Below the pieces are notes generated by a model, which worked only from the letters and a program-made list of their open reading frames with translations, made no database searches and was not told the DNA's origin. From a bacterium (GTDB lineage Bacteria > Patescibacteriota > Minisyncoccia > Moranbacterales > UBA2206): a stretch of DNA of 64,000 nucleotides. Location: contig JAJYGF010000004.1 of assembly GCA_021785125.1 (NCBI GenBank), positions 3,124 to 67,123 of the forward strand, in the 5' to 3' direction. The translations under genes were made by a program, and so were the position numbers. This document shows positions 48,434 through 57,035 of the stretch, piece by piece; within the stretch, counting starts at the first letter, position 1, and each line of letters starts with the position of its first letter.

Positions 48434-50062
48434 AGTTTTCACAATAACGAATCCGTAAACCGTTACGAAGCCCAGCATCCACCAAAACAATCGGCGCGAT
48501 TTTGTGGTTTTGCGCGTAATTATCAGATATGCTCCGCCTCCGAATAGCAAGGCCCACCAAAAAAGTCCGAATTCATTCAAGAAAAACGGGCTGGACAGAA
48601 ACGAAATAAAGACTCCGACAGCCACGATCGTCCGGCCAAAATCATCGCCAAACATGACAGGTATTGTCCATACGCCGTCTTTCCTGTCGCCTTCGATATC
48701 CTTAAAATCCTTGATCGGCAGAGATAAGGTGAAAACAAACAGGAACATGATGATCAATCGCCATGAAAGATGCGCAATATTATCCGCGCCGGAAAAAAGG
48801 CTGAAGCCGATGATCAAAACCATCACCGAAGCCAGAGCGCTCACAAAAGTGGCGACTGCCGGAAATCTTTTGAGCCGATACGGTTCGGCCGAATAGAACC
48901 AGGCGATGATCTGATATATGAGAAGCAGTGCGGCGAATTTCAGTCCGATCACCAATCCGCCGATGAGCGAAAGCAGAAAAAGAACCATTCCCAGATCCCG
49001 ATATCCGTTTTTTGAAAAGATGTGCTGCGGCAAAGGGCGCATCCGGTTCGTCACCTCATCGATCTTGCAATCATAAAGATCATTGACCACGACTGAGGCG
49101 TTCCATGCCAGCCAAATGCTCGAGAGCAGAACCAGAACCGCCATCGATGAAAAGATATTCAGGTTGAAATTTTGCGGATAGGCCAGCCATCCCAGCCCCA
49201 TGCCGATGAAAAACAGCCCGGCATGATAGATCATTTGCGGCAACCGGACATTCTTCAGCACGGCCCAAAATTTTCTCCGATCGGCTATGAAAAACAGCAG
49301 ACCCGCAAAAAATAACAAGAGCAAAAAGTAAACGATATTCAAATTATAAGTGAAGGAAAATTTCAGATTGAAATCCGTCAGTCCGAAAATCGGATATGGC
49401 CGCCCGAAAAACTGCACCGCATCGATCTCATTGACTTGCGTGATCTTTTTCGATCCTTGGAAAAAATAATAGGCGATCGTCAGCCACGATGGCAAGGTGC
49501 CGAGAAAAAATATTATGACATACGTCGCCAATGCTCCCAGGAGCATTTTAAAAACATTTCTGGTCCTGATCAGGATCAATCCCGCGACAAAAATTATGGC
49601 CAGGACAAACCCTATCTTAGCCCCGAAATACATGATTCCGGAAGGCAGATCGCCGAAGAGCGTGATGAACTGCTTCCACAGCTCGGACAGGCTGCCCAAG
49701 GCATAAAAACTCCAAAACACGCCGCCTCCGGTTTTGATCATGTCCAGGACAGGCGGCAGAAGCACCAACCAGAAAGACCACAGGATGACGCCGGACAGCT
49801 TGGAAATCCTTATTTCCAAGACAAAGCTCAGAAGAAGCCAAATGATCAGAAAAAGAATTATGAAAAAGAAGAAATTATACAAAAAGCCATTAATAACTCC
49901 GCCCACGTCCGTCTGATTGGAAGCAAAAAAGCGCTCTTCAAGGACGCGCAGGAAAGTGATTCCCAAAAAGCTGGATGCCCAAAGGGCCATGGACACCTCT
50001 TGATCCAGCAGGGCGCCTATCAAACCTTCGATTTTCTGCAAAAATTTTCTTATTATATCCAT
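48419..50062 (-). CDS. polytopic membrane protein with C-terminal UbiA-family prenyltransferase domain (N-terminal ~300 aa membrane domain of unknown function)
   Basis: VVNDLYDCKIDEVTNR = NDxxDxxxD UbiA motif in second half; >12 TM segments. Confidence 0.5.
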   Translation of the reverse strand: MDIIRKFLQKIEGLIGALLDQEVSMALWASSFLGITFLRVLEERFFASNQTDVGGVINGFLYNFFFFIILFLIIWLLLSFVLEIRISKLSGVILWSFWLVLLPPVLDMIKTGGGVFWSFYALGSLSELWKQFITLFGDLPSGIMYFGAKIGFVLAIIFVAGLILIRTRNVFKMLLGALATYVIIFFLGTLPSWLTIAYYFFQGSKKITQVNEIDAVQFFGRPYPIFGLTDFNLKFSFTYNLNIVYFLLLLFFAGLLFFIADRRKFWAVLKNVRLPQMIYHAGLFFIGMGLGWLAYPQNFNLNIFSSMAVLVLLSSIWLAWNASVVVNDLYDCKIDEVTNRMRPLPQHIFSKNGYRDLGMVLFLLSLIGGLVIGLKFAALLLIYQIIAWFYSAEPYRLKRFPAVATFVSALASVMVLIIGFSLFSGADNIAHLSWRLIIMFLFVFTLSLPIKDFKDIEGDRKDGVWTIPVMFGDDFGRTIVAVGVFISFLSSPFFLNEFGLFWWALLFGGGAYLIITRKTTKSRRLFWWMLGFVTVYGFVIVKTLFLK

Positions 50063-50120
50063 AATATCAATTTATCAGCATAGTCCGATCGGTGCAAATG
50101 ATTTATGCACAAGAAAGATA

Positions 50121-50147
50121 TTCACAACGCTTGCATTTGTGGTATAA
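50121..50147 (+). promoter_or_regulatory. sigma70-like promoter with extended -10 (TTCACA-16-TGgTATAAT)
   Basis: ttcaca acgcttgcatttgtgg tataat; transcript would include the 20-bp inverted-repeat pair 50160-50179 / 50264-50283. Confidence 0.45.
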
Positions 50148-50159
50148 TCCAAGTGATGA

Positions 50160-50283
50160 ATCCCGCACTAACTTTGGATAGCAATAAAATTTATACCACA
50201 TCGAAAGGGCGGGAATCTATAAAAAATAAATAGCCTTGGTTTTTATTGGAGAAATTTAATAAAATCCAAAGTTAGTGCGGGAT
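50160..50283 (+). promoter_or_regulatory. perfect 20-bp inverted repeat pair (ATCCCGCACTAACTTTGGAT / ATCCAAAGTTAGTGCGGGAT) forming a ~124-nt hairpin whose right arm contains the start codon of 50282-51193
   Basis: Left arm 50160-50179, right arm 50264-50283; ATG at 50282-50284. Confidence 0.7.
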
Positions 50284-51193
50284 GAAAATAAAAAAATCGA
50301 CACATCTTTTGATTTTGACGATGCTGGCTTTCGGAAGCTTCGCTTTTTACGTGACCGCACAGGAACAAGGATCAGATCCATTGACCTCGACTCCCACAAC
50401 CGGTGATTCTTCGCTTTTGACCAACGCCGATGCGATTGGCGCCGCTGCCGGAACGACCCCAGCGGCAACTCCTGCCGATCCGAACAATCTGACCCAACAA
50501 GTGTCCCAACAAATTTCCACCGCCATGAACGCGGCCAGCCAGAGCAACCAAGATATCAGTCTGGACCAGATAAAAAGCATCGTCAGCCAATCGCTGAACG
50601 CGACCGTAAAAGATTCCGACTTACCGCAGATTCCCGCAAGCGACATCAAAGTCAAGACGGAAAACTACGGCAATCTGCCGGCCGACAAGGCCGCCGAAAA
50701 GAAAAAGGAAGATGTGGCTGATTATCTGGTCAGCATGGCCTATATCCTATCCAGCAACTCTCCGACTCCGATCACTTCTTCGGATGATACGACAAGCTTG
50801 GAGAATAGCATAACCGGACAATTATCCACCGCCCTAACTACCCAGAATCCGGCCGCTCTCAAAGATTTGAGCGACAGTGGTGCGAAAGTTTTGGGCCAGA
50901 TGAAAAACGTGGAGGTGCCGCAAGATTTGGTCGACATCCACAAAAAAGGCTTGCAACTGGCGGAATATGCCATGCAGCTGCAGAACAAGATCAGTCCGAA
51001 TAGCGCGGATCCGCTGTCCGACATCGCCAACTATGCCAAAATGGAAGCTTTGATCGGAGTCACCGCCAATTATGCCAGCGATGCGGCCGGCAAATTGGAC
51101 CAATACGGCCTGACGATCGGAGACGTGCAGAATAAATTGAACACCTACGGCATCAATATTCCGTCCGACTTGTCGCAAAAACTGTCGCAATAA
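50282..51193 (+). CDS. hypothetical secreted protein (signal peptide, A/S/T/Q-rich)
   Basis: MKIKKSTHLLILTMLAFGSFAFYVTAQEQG signal-like N-terminus. Confidence 0.5.
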   Translation: MKIKKSTHLLILTMLAFGSFAFYVTAQEQGSDPLTSTPTTGDSSLLTNADAIGAAAGTTPAATPADPNNLTQQVSQQISTAMNAASQSNQDISLDQIKSIVSQSLNATVKDSDLPQIPASDIKVKTENYGNLPADKAAEKKKEDVADYLVSMAYILSSNSPTPITSSDDTTSLENSITGQLSTALTTQNPAALKDLSDSGAKVLGQMKNVEVPQDLVDIHKKGLQLAEYAMQLQNKISPNSADPLSDIANYAKMEALIGVTANYASDAAGKLDQYGLTIGDVQNKLNTYGINIPSDLSQKLSQ

Positions 51194-51215
51194 AATTTTA
51201 AACTCAAGAAGGAAT

Positions 51216-51262
51216 CCTAAAACTCAGTTTTATGGATTTCCTAAAACTGAGTTTTAGGAAAA
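51216..51262. terminator. two adjacent near-identical hairpins (TCCTAAAACTSAGTTTTAGGA) in opposite orientation
   Basis: aatcctaaaactcagttttatgga + tttcctaaaactgagttttaggaa between two secreted-protein genes. Confidence 0.4.
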
Positions 51263-51263
51263 A

Positions 51264-52364
51264 ATGTTAAAAAACAAGAGATTCGCAATCAAAAAACTTT
51301 TTTTCGTCTGCTTTTTGGCAGTTACGCTCATATTCGCTCCCGTCCAAACGCATCAAGCCGACGCCCTGTGGGGAGAAGTGCTGAACGCCAGCCTGACAAC
51401 CATCCTGAACTACATCCAAAACATGATCCAAGGCATGATGATGGGCATGATGAAACAGATGGCCACCCAGATGCTTAACCAGGACATGGGCAATATGATC
51501 GGCGGTTCTTCAACTTCAAACGCCAAATTCATCACCAACTGGCAGGATTTCATGTTCACGCAGCCCAAGCAAGAAGCAGACAAATACATGAACGATTACT
51601 TGAGCCAATTGACCAAAGGCCGCGGCTCGATCACCGGCTACATTCCCAACAACAATCTTGGATCTTCCAAATTGCTTTCCGACAACTACGAAGGCGTGGG
51701 CGACGGCTCGTTCAATTACGGCATGGCGCAGAACGATCCGGAATACGCCAGCTTGATCGCGACCGCAGAGGCCAAGGGCATTAATTTAGGCGGGGTGAAC
51801 ACCGGCAACGCGGGAAACTATATGCAACAACTGGTGCAAGGAGCAAAAAGTTTGATATCGGATTCAACGATGCCGACACCGACCTATCAAGGCAACCCGG
51901 CCCAAAATTTATTTTCCGACGGAACTTTCAAAAATCTGAACACCTACCTTTCTGGTATCAACAACCCTTGGGCTTTCAACATGAACGCCGAACAAAAATA
52001 TCAAGAACAATTGACGCAAAATCAGCAGGCCGCCCAGGCCCAAGCAGTCGCATACCAGGGTTTCAAGGGTACGTCTTCGGGCGGCACCATCACCAATCCC
52101 GGCTCGCTCATCAAAGAAAACATGGCCAACGTCCAGGACATGGGCAACAAAGTCTTGGCCAGCGCCAACAGCATGCCGGAAATCATCACTTCCGTCATCC
52201 AGCAGATCGTCACCCAATCCATCCAGAGCGGCATCGGCAATGCCGCGGCCAACGCCCAACGGGAAGTCCAGAACGTCCAAAATCAAACCGCCCAGCAAGT
52301 CCAGCAGCAAGTCCAACAGAACGGACCGGGAGCGATGTTCGGAAACGGCTCGACAGGACAATAA
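51264..52364 (+). CDS. hypothetical secreted Q/N/M-rich protein
   Basis: Signal-like N-terminus; low-complexity Q/N/G-rich body. Confidence 0.5.
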   Translation: MLKNKRFAIKKLFFVCFLAVTLIFAPVQTHQADALWGEVLNASLTTILNYIQNMIQGMMMGMMKQMATQMLNQDMGNMIGGSSTSNAKFITNWQDFMFTQPKQEADKYMNDYLSQLTKGRGSITGYIPNNNLGSSKLLSDNYEGVGDGSFNYGMAQNDPEYASLIATAEAKGINLGGVNTGNAGNYMQQLVQGAKSLISDSTMPTPTYQGNPAQNLFSDGTFKNLNTYLSGINNPWAFNMNAEQKYQEQLTQNQQAAQAQAVAYQGFKGTSSGGTITNPGSLIKENMANVQDMGNKVLASANSMPEIITSVIQQIVTQSIQSGIGNAAANAQREVQNVQNQTAQQVQQQVQQNGPGAMFGNGSTGQ

Positions 52365-52379
52365 CCAGCCCGACATTCA

Positions 52380-52456
52380 CAAACAGCCTGAATTTGTCGA
52401 GGCTGTTTTTTTGTATTATCTTATAGCGATAAACCTTCGGCGGATGTTGATTTTAT
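52380..52456 (+). repeat. direct repeat copy 1 (77 bp identical): intrinsic terminator + promoter -35 cassette
   Basis: aaacagcct gaatttgtcg aggctgttttttt + gtattatcttatagcgataaaccttcggcggatgTTGATTttat; followed 17 bp later by TAAAAT abutting ATG 52476/52482. Confidence 0.85.
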
Positions 52457-52475
52457 CCCTGTTTTATGCTAAAAT

Positions 52476-52793
52476 ATGAATATGAATAAATCCAAAATAA
52501 TCGCAAACAAGCTCTTCTGGTTCTTAAGAAGAAACGGGGTTGCTTTGGAACCGTCCAGGGATCGCCATCTCATTATCAACCAAACATTGGCCATGGGATC
52601 CATGGATGACATACAGAAGCTTTTTCATGAATATGACAAAGAAACCATCCGCGAAGAGTTTCGAAAGCCTGCGGCAGGCCTGTATGCGCCTGCGGTTTTG
52701 CATTTTTTTGAATACATTCTCGATGTTCAATTGAATAATAGCGAACAATATATAAAAAAAATACATGGAAAGCCTACACCTGGACATTCTTGA
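52476..52793 (+). CDS. hypothetical protein, possible antitoxin partner of downstream nucleotidyltransferase
   Basis: 105 aa; overlaps next ORF by 29 nt; apparently leaderless. Confidence 0.4.
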   Translation: MNMNKSKIIANKLFWFLRRNGVALEPSRDRHLIINQTLAMGSMDDIQKLFHEYDKETIREEFRKPAAGLYAPAVLHFFEYILDVQLNNSEQYIKKIHGKPTPGHS

Positions 52794-53418
52794 TCAAGAA
52801 CGAAAAGATTTGTTCCAAAAATTATCAGCATTTCACTCTCTTGGTTATTTATCCGGTGGAACATCGCTGGCATTGCAATTAGGACATCGCATATCCTATG
52901 ATTTTGATATTTTCTGCCCGAAGGAAATTTCAGAATCGTTTGCGGCCAAGGTTCAAAAGGAGATTCCCGTGAAGGAAGTGCTTATAAACAACAGTGATGA
53001 ATTCACATTTCTTACCGGACAAGACATCAAAATATCTTTTATTTTTTATCCCTTTGATTTGAGGGAATATCTGCTTGAATTTTCAGGAGCTCCTTTGCTC
53101 TTTGCTTCTCCCATAGGCGTGGCATTGACAAAAGCGTATGCCCTGAACAGAAGAAATGCCTGGCGGGATTATGTCGATTTATATACGATATTAAAAAAGG
53201 GCATCGTAAAACTTGAGGAAATTATACAAAAATCGCAAGAAGTTTATGGAAATTTGTTCAATGAAAAGCTTTTTCTGGCCCAGCTTGTGTATACGAAAGA
53301 CATCTCTGAAGCGGAAATCGCCGGCACGCAGATGATCAAACCGACAACGCTTCAGGAAGTCGCCGCATTTTTTGAAAAAGAAGTCACGGCTTACGTGGAA
53401 AGAAAATTGGGCCAATAA
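52765..53418 (+). CDS. nucleotidyltransferase, AbiEii/AbiGii-like (DUF1814-like) toxin family
   Basis: YLSGGTSLALQLGHRISYDFDIF resembles the GGTAL...RxSxDxD motif of AbiEii. Confidence 0.45.
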   Translation: MESLHLDILDQERKDLFQKLSAFHSLGYLSGGTSLALQLGHRISYDFDIFCPKEISESFAAKVQKEIPVKEVLINNSDEFTFLTGQDIKISFIFYPFDLREYLLEFSGAPLLFASPIGVALTKAYALNRRNAWRDYVDLYTILKKGIVKLEEIIQKSQEVYGNLFNEKLFLAQLVYTKDISEAEIAGTQMIKPTTLQEVAAFFEKEVTAYVERKLGQ

Positions 53419-53438
53419 CATTATTAAAATGATTCCGC

Positions 53439-53515
53439 CAAACAGCCTGAATTTGTCGAGGCTGTTTTTTTGTATTATCTTATAGCGATAAACCTTCGGC
53501 GGATGTTGATTTTAT
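53439..53515 (+). repeat. direct repeat copy 2 (identical 77 bp): terminator + promoter -35 cassette
   Basis: Same sequence as 52380-52456; TTGATT-17-TAAAAT then ATG 53541 six nt after -10. Confidence 0.85.
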
Positions 53516-53540
53516 GCCCGATTAGTACTAAAATAAACTC

Positions 53541-53831
53541 ATGAGCAAGCAAGAAATAAAGCAAAAAATCAACAAACAGCTTCCATTCTTGAAAGCCAGA
53601 TACCATATCAAGCGTATCGGCATTTTTGGTTCATTCGTACGCAACGAACAAAAAAAGGGGAGCGACTTGGACATTCTGGTGGAATTTGAAACACCCATCG
53701 GTTTTTTCGAGTTTATCCGACTGGAAAATGAATTGAGCCGCACCTTGCGCCACAAAGTGGACCTGGTTTCCAAAAATGCCGTTAAACCGGCGGTGAAGAA
53801 AGAAATTTTAAAAGAAATTCAATATGTCTAG
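53541..53831 (+). CDS. minimal nucleotidyltransferase (MNT/MntA-like antitoxin)
   Basis: GIFGSFVRNEQKKGSDLDILVEF = GSxxRGxxxxxSDxDxxV polymerase-beta NTase motif. Confidence 0.75.
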   Translation: MSKQEIKQKINKQLPFLKARYHIKRIGIFGSFVRNEQKKGSDLDILVEFETPIGFFEFIRLENELSRTLRHKVDLVSKNAVKPAVKKEILKEIQYV

Positions 53832-54183
53832 GCGAGGAATAAGGCTTTATCTGGAGGATATCCGCACATCCATCCGAAGGATAGAACAATACACGCGCGG
53901 AGTAAGTTTTGACGAATTTTATCGCAATCATCTGATGATTGACGCAGTTGTAAGAAATCTTACGATTATCGGCGAAGCAGTCAAAAATATTCCGACTGAA
54001 TTGAAGTCCAAAAATCCTGAAGTCGCATGGAAAGAAATCAAGGGCATGCGAAACAAAGTTATACATGAATATTTTGGAACTGACGAAGAAATTTTATGGA
54101 AGACCGTTCAGGATGACATTCCGGTTTTCAAAAAACAAATTGCCAAACTTTTGAAAGATAGCAAGCAAAAGGACTTAAAATAG
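53824..54183 (+). CDS. HEPN/DUF86 (HepT-like toxin) protein
   Basis: RNKVIHEY = Rx4-6H HEPN motif; overlaps MNT gene by 8 nt. Confidence 0.75.
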   Translation: MSRRGIRLYLEDIRTSIRRIEQYTRGVSFDEFYRNHLMIDAVVRNLTIIGEAVKNIPTELKSKNPEVAWKEIKGMRNKVIHEYFGTDEEILWKTVQDDIPVFKKQIAKLLKDSKQKDLK

Positions 54184-54256
54184 ACGCCCCAATGGCTATT
54201 TTTATTTTCCCCGGTTGATTTTTGCCTTATTTCAGGCAAAATCAGACATACCCTTG

Positions 54257-54544
54257 CCCAGCACTAACTTTCACTCCGTCGTATGCATTATGTATATATT
54301 ATAAAAAATGAAATTGATGAACTGTATTATGGATGCACAAACAACCTAAAGAAAAGATTTTTTGAGCATAATAGCGGCGAATCTTTTTCTACCAAGAATC
54401 ATGAATGGAAATTAGCCTATTATGAGGCTTATTTAAGGGAAGAAGATGCCTGGAATCGTGAAAAACAACTAAAAAGGCATGGACAAGCTTTGGCTCAACT
54501 AAAGCGCAGAATCAAAAAATCTTTAAGTGAAAGTTAGTGCTGGG
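54257..54544 (+). mobile_element. 288-bp unit: GIY-YIG gene bracketed by perfect 19-bp inverted repeats (CCCAGCACTAACTTTCACT / AGTGAAAGTTAGTGCTGGG)
   Basis: Left arm 54257-54275 ends 7 nt before ATG 54283; right arm 54526-54544 contains the stop codon; arm core GCACTAACTTT is shared with the 50160/50264 inverted-repeat pair. Confidence 0.5.
54283..54537 (+). CDS. GIY-YIG nuclease family protein (second paralog)
   Basis: VYIIKNEIDELYYGCTNNLKKRFFEHNSG GIY-YIG motif. Confidence 0.8.
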   Translation: MHYVYIIKNEIDELYYGCTNNLKKRFFEHNSGESFSTKNHEWKLAYYEAYLREEDAWNREKQLKRHGQALAQLKRRIKKSLSES

Positions 54545-54545
54545 T

Positions 54546-54574
54546 TGACTTTTTCTGCCAGATGTGCTAGTATA
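54546..54574 (+). promoter_or_regulatory. sigma70-like promoter (TTGACT-17-TAGTAT) with strong RBS (AAAGGAGGAG) before 54676
   Basis: ttgact ttttctgccagatgtgc tagtat; aaaggaggagag atg. Confidence 0.5.
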
Positions 54575-54675
54575 TACAGTTACGCTAGTAAAGTGCGGTT
54601 ATTTTAAAACCGAATATCAATCAACAATCATTTTCGCCCGGAAGGCGAAGGCTCAATTGAGCCAAAGGAGGAGAG

Positions 54676-55092
54676 ATGAAAGACTTCGTATTGGCAATAA
54701 TAGCCGCGGCTATAGTAACCACCGTTGCATTTGTCATTGTTTTTTCGACTCATCACAACACAACCCCTATCATGCCCAAATATCCTAACCTGTCTCCGGA
54801 AGGACAGCAACGGATGGCTATGATCAAATCGGCGATAGCAAAATATCTGCCCAACATGTTACCCGACATGTTACCCGACATATCAAATCAAAAAGTGTCC
54901 CCGAGCTTTAAACTAGTGGACGTTTCCGAAAAACCGAAAGATGGTTGGCACTACCATGGATACATCCAGCTGTCGGACGGGAGACGTATTTTATTCCAGG
55001 CAAATTATTGGAACATAAGCAATGGCCAGGTGCAAGTTTGGCTGTCCACGGCCACGAAGACATACGGCCTGCTTGATTACCCTAACGGGTAG
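54676..55092 (+). CDS. hypothetical membrane-anchored protein
   Basis: N-terminal TM; contains tandem MLPD repeat. Confidence 0.5.
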   Translation: MKDFVLAIIAAAIVTTVAFVIVFSTHHNTTPIMPKYPNLSPEGQQRMAMIKSAIAKYLPNMLPDMLPDISNQKVSPSFKLVDVSEKPKDGWHYHGYIQLSDGRRILFQANYWNISNGQVQVWLSTATKTYGLLDYPNG

Positions 55093-55189
55093 GAAATCTC
55101 GAGAGAGAATTGAGAGAGCTTGGCAAAACAGCCTGGCTCTCTTTTTTTTTATTTTTATGGTATAATAAAAACATCTAAAAATAGAAGTT

Positions 55190-57031
55190 TTGAATCTAAA
55201 ACAAAAATCGATCCGGAAATTTTTTTTCGCAGCAGTTATTGTTACGATGATTGCTAATTTTTTATTTGTGCCTTTGACAACAATGGCACAAAATATGGAT
55301 CCGGCACATTTTGTCGGATCAGGCGGCGATCTGGGTGTGGCCGTAAGCGAAGCCAATCCCAACCCGCCTCCGGCAACCGAATCCTGCAATTTTTTTTGGA
55401 ACCCTATCAGCTGTTCTTTATTGGCCGTATTAAAAGTAGGCGGCTGGTTGATTGACGCATCCGATCAGATTTTCCAATACAGCATCAGCCCCAGCATTTT
55501 CAGCCAGGTTGCCGGTAATGGCAATAGGGCTATCTATGATACTTGGGCAGAAGTGCGCGATTTTCTAAACGTCGCTTTCATCCTCGTGCTGCTTTTTTCC
55601 GCTTTCGCCACTATCTTTCAAGTGGAGAAGTACAGTTATAAGAAAATTCTCTTATGGCTGATAATCATGGCTTTGTTGGTGAACTTCAGCTTCCCCATAA
55701 CCAGATTCATTATTGATATTTCAAACTCATTGATGTACACACTGCTAAGCCGTTTAAGTTTTGGCGGCGATCCTTCACACATTATCACCAACATCACCCA
55801 GGACAGCAACATAAAAGATATCATCGTGCCTCAAAACGGCACGAAAGCTTCTGTCGCCCTCTTGCTCGCTTCCGTTATTTTCATTTTTATTCTCGCTATC
55901 ACTTTTTTAGCGCTGGGAATATTGCTGGTCATAAGAATGATCGCTTTGGCCATACTTATAATTTTTTCTCCGGTGGCTTTTGTCGGATCCATCATCGGAA
56001 AGGGCAAACAATGGTGGGACTATTTGTTCAAATACGCCTTTTTCGGTCCGATAATGATCTTCATGTTAAGTGTGGCCATGGCCGTTTTGAAAAACTCTAT
56101 AAAAATACAGTTCACAATGCAAGGCGTCAACAACAAAATAGACAATCCCATAAACCAACATCTCACCGGCGCTATGGCGGCATATTCAATTCCGATCGTG
56201 ATTCTTTGGATCGGCATGGGCGTCGCTCAGAAAATGGGCATCGCCGGCGCGGCGGCAGTCACTGGACAGGCGCAGAAATTCGCCAAATGGGTTCCAAATG
56301 CGATATTCAAGGCCACCGGCGTTCCGGGCGGAGTCAAAAAAGCCGCAGATTATTATGGCAAGAAGGGCGCTCCGCTCGGCCTTAACCGAATTCCTGGATT
56401 GCGAGGATCTGAGAAGACAGAGGCTACTGAAGCTTGGTGGGCTTCGAAGCTAGGAGTTAAGGGCGCAAAAGATCAGGACATGAAAAAGAGAGCGGAAGAA
56501 TACAAGAAAGAAAATGCGGATACTGGAATGCTTAAGGACAGATGCTCCAAAGGAGATGCAGCCGCTTGTTATCGATTGGCTGATGATGGATTTTTGGATT
56601 CTAAGGAATATAACGATTTCTCAGCAAAAAATAAAGACGCTGGCCTGCAAAAAACCCTTAATTCTAAAGTTAAGAAAAATAGAGTGGACCTATTGATAAA
56701 TTACAGAATGAACAGCAAAAAAGAATTGGATGAAGTCAAAAAGAACAATAAAAACATAAATACGGATGAGGAAGCACGAGAATTCATCGCCAAGGATGAG
56801 ATTGGCAAATTAAATCCTGAGAAGTGGGGAGAGCAATATTGGAAAGACATAATGAAGGACCCATCACCTGAAATCAAAAAGGCCGTCGAGGAAAGCTATA
56901 GCGCTTTGGCAGAATCCGCTCAAGAAGATATCAAGAAACGCCTCAATCCGAACAATGCTGCCGCCCTGAGAGAGGTTATGACTGGCCAAAAAACCAGCGG
57001 AACAAAAAGACCCGTAGGATTCAACCGTTAA
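55190..57031 (+). CDS. polytopic membrane protein, VirB6/TrbL(PrgH/TcpH)-like candidate T4SS channel component
   Basis: Signal-like N-terminus, ~6 TM segments in the middle, long charged C-terminal tail; position upstream of VirB3/VirB4-like genes. Confidence 0.4.
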   Translation: MNLKQKSIRKFFFAAVIVTMIANFLFVPLTTMAQNMDPAHFVGSGGDLGVAVSEANPNPPPATESCNFFWNPISCSLLAVLKVGGWLIDASDQIFQYSISPSIFSQVAGNGNRAIYDTWAEVRDFLNVAFILVLLFSAFATIFQVEKYSYKKILLWLIIMALLVNFSFPITRFIIDISNSLMYTLLSRLSFGGDPSHIITNITQDSNIKDIIVPQNGTKASVALLLASVIFIFILAITFLALGILLVIRMIALAILIIFSPVAFVGSIIGKGKQWWDYLFKYAFFGPIMIFMLSVAMAVLKNSIKIQFTMQGVNNKIDNPINQHLTGAMAAYSIPIVILWIGMGVAQKMGIAGAAAVTGQAQKFAKWVPNAIFKATGVPGGVKKAADYYGKKGAPLGLNRIPGLRGSEKTEATEAWWASKLGVKGAKDQDMKKRAEEYKKENADTGMLKDRCSKGDAAACYRLADDGFLDSKEYNDFSAKNKDAGLQKTLNSKVKKNRVDLLINYRMNSKKELDEVKKNNKNINTDEEAREFIAKDEIGKLNPEKWGEQYWKDIMKDPSPEIKKAVEESYSALAESAQEDIKKRLNPNNAAALREVMTGQKTSGTKRPVGFNR

Positions 57032-57035
57032 TAAA

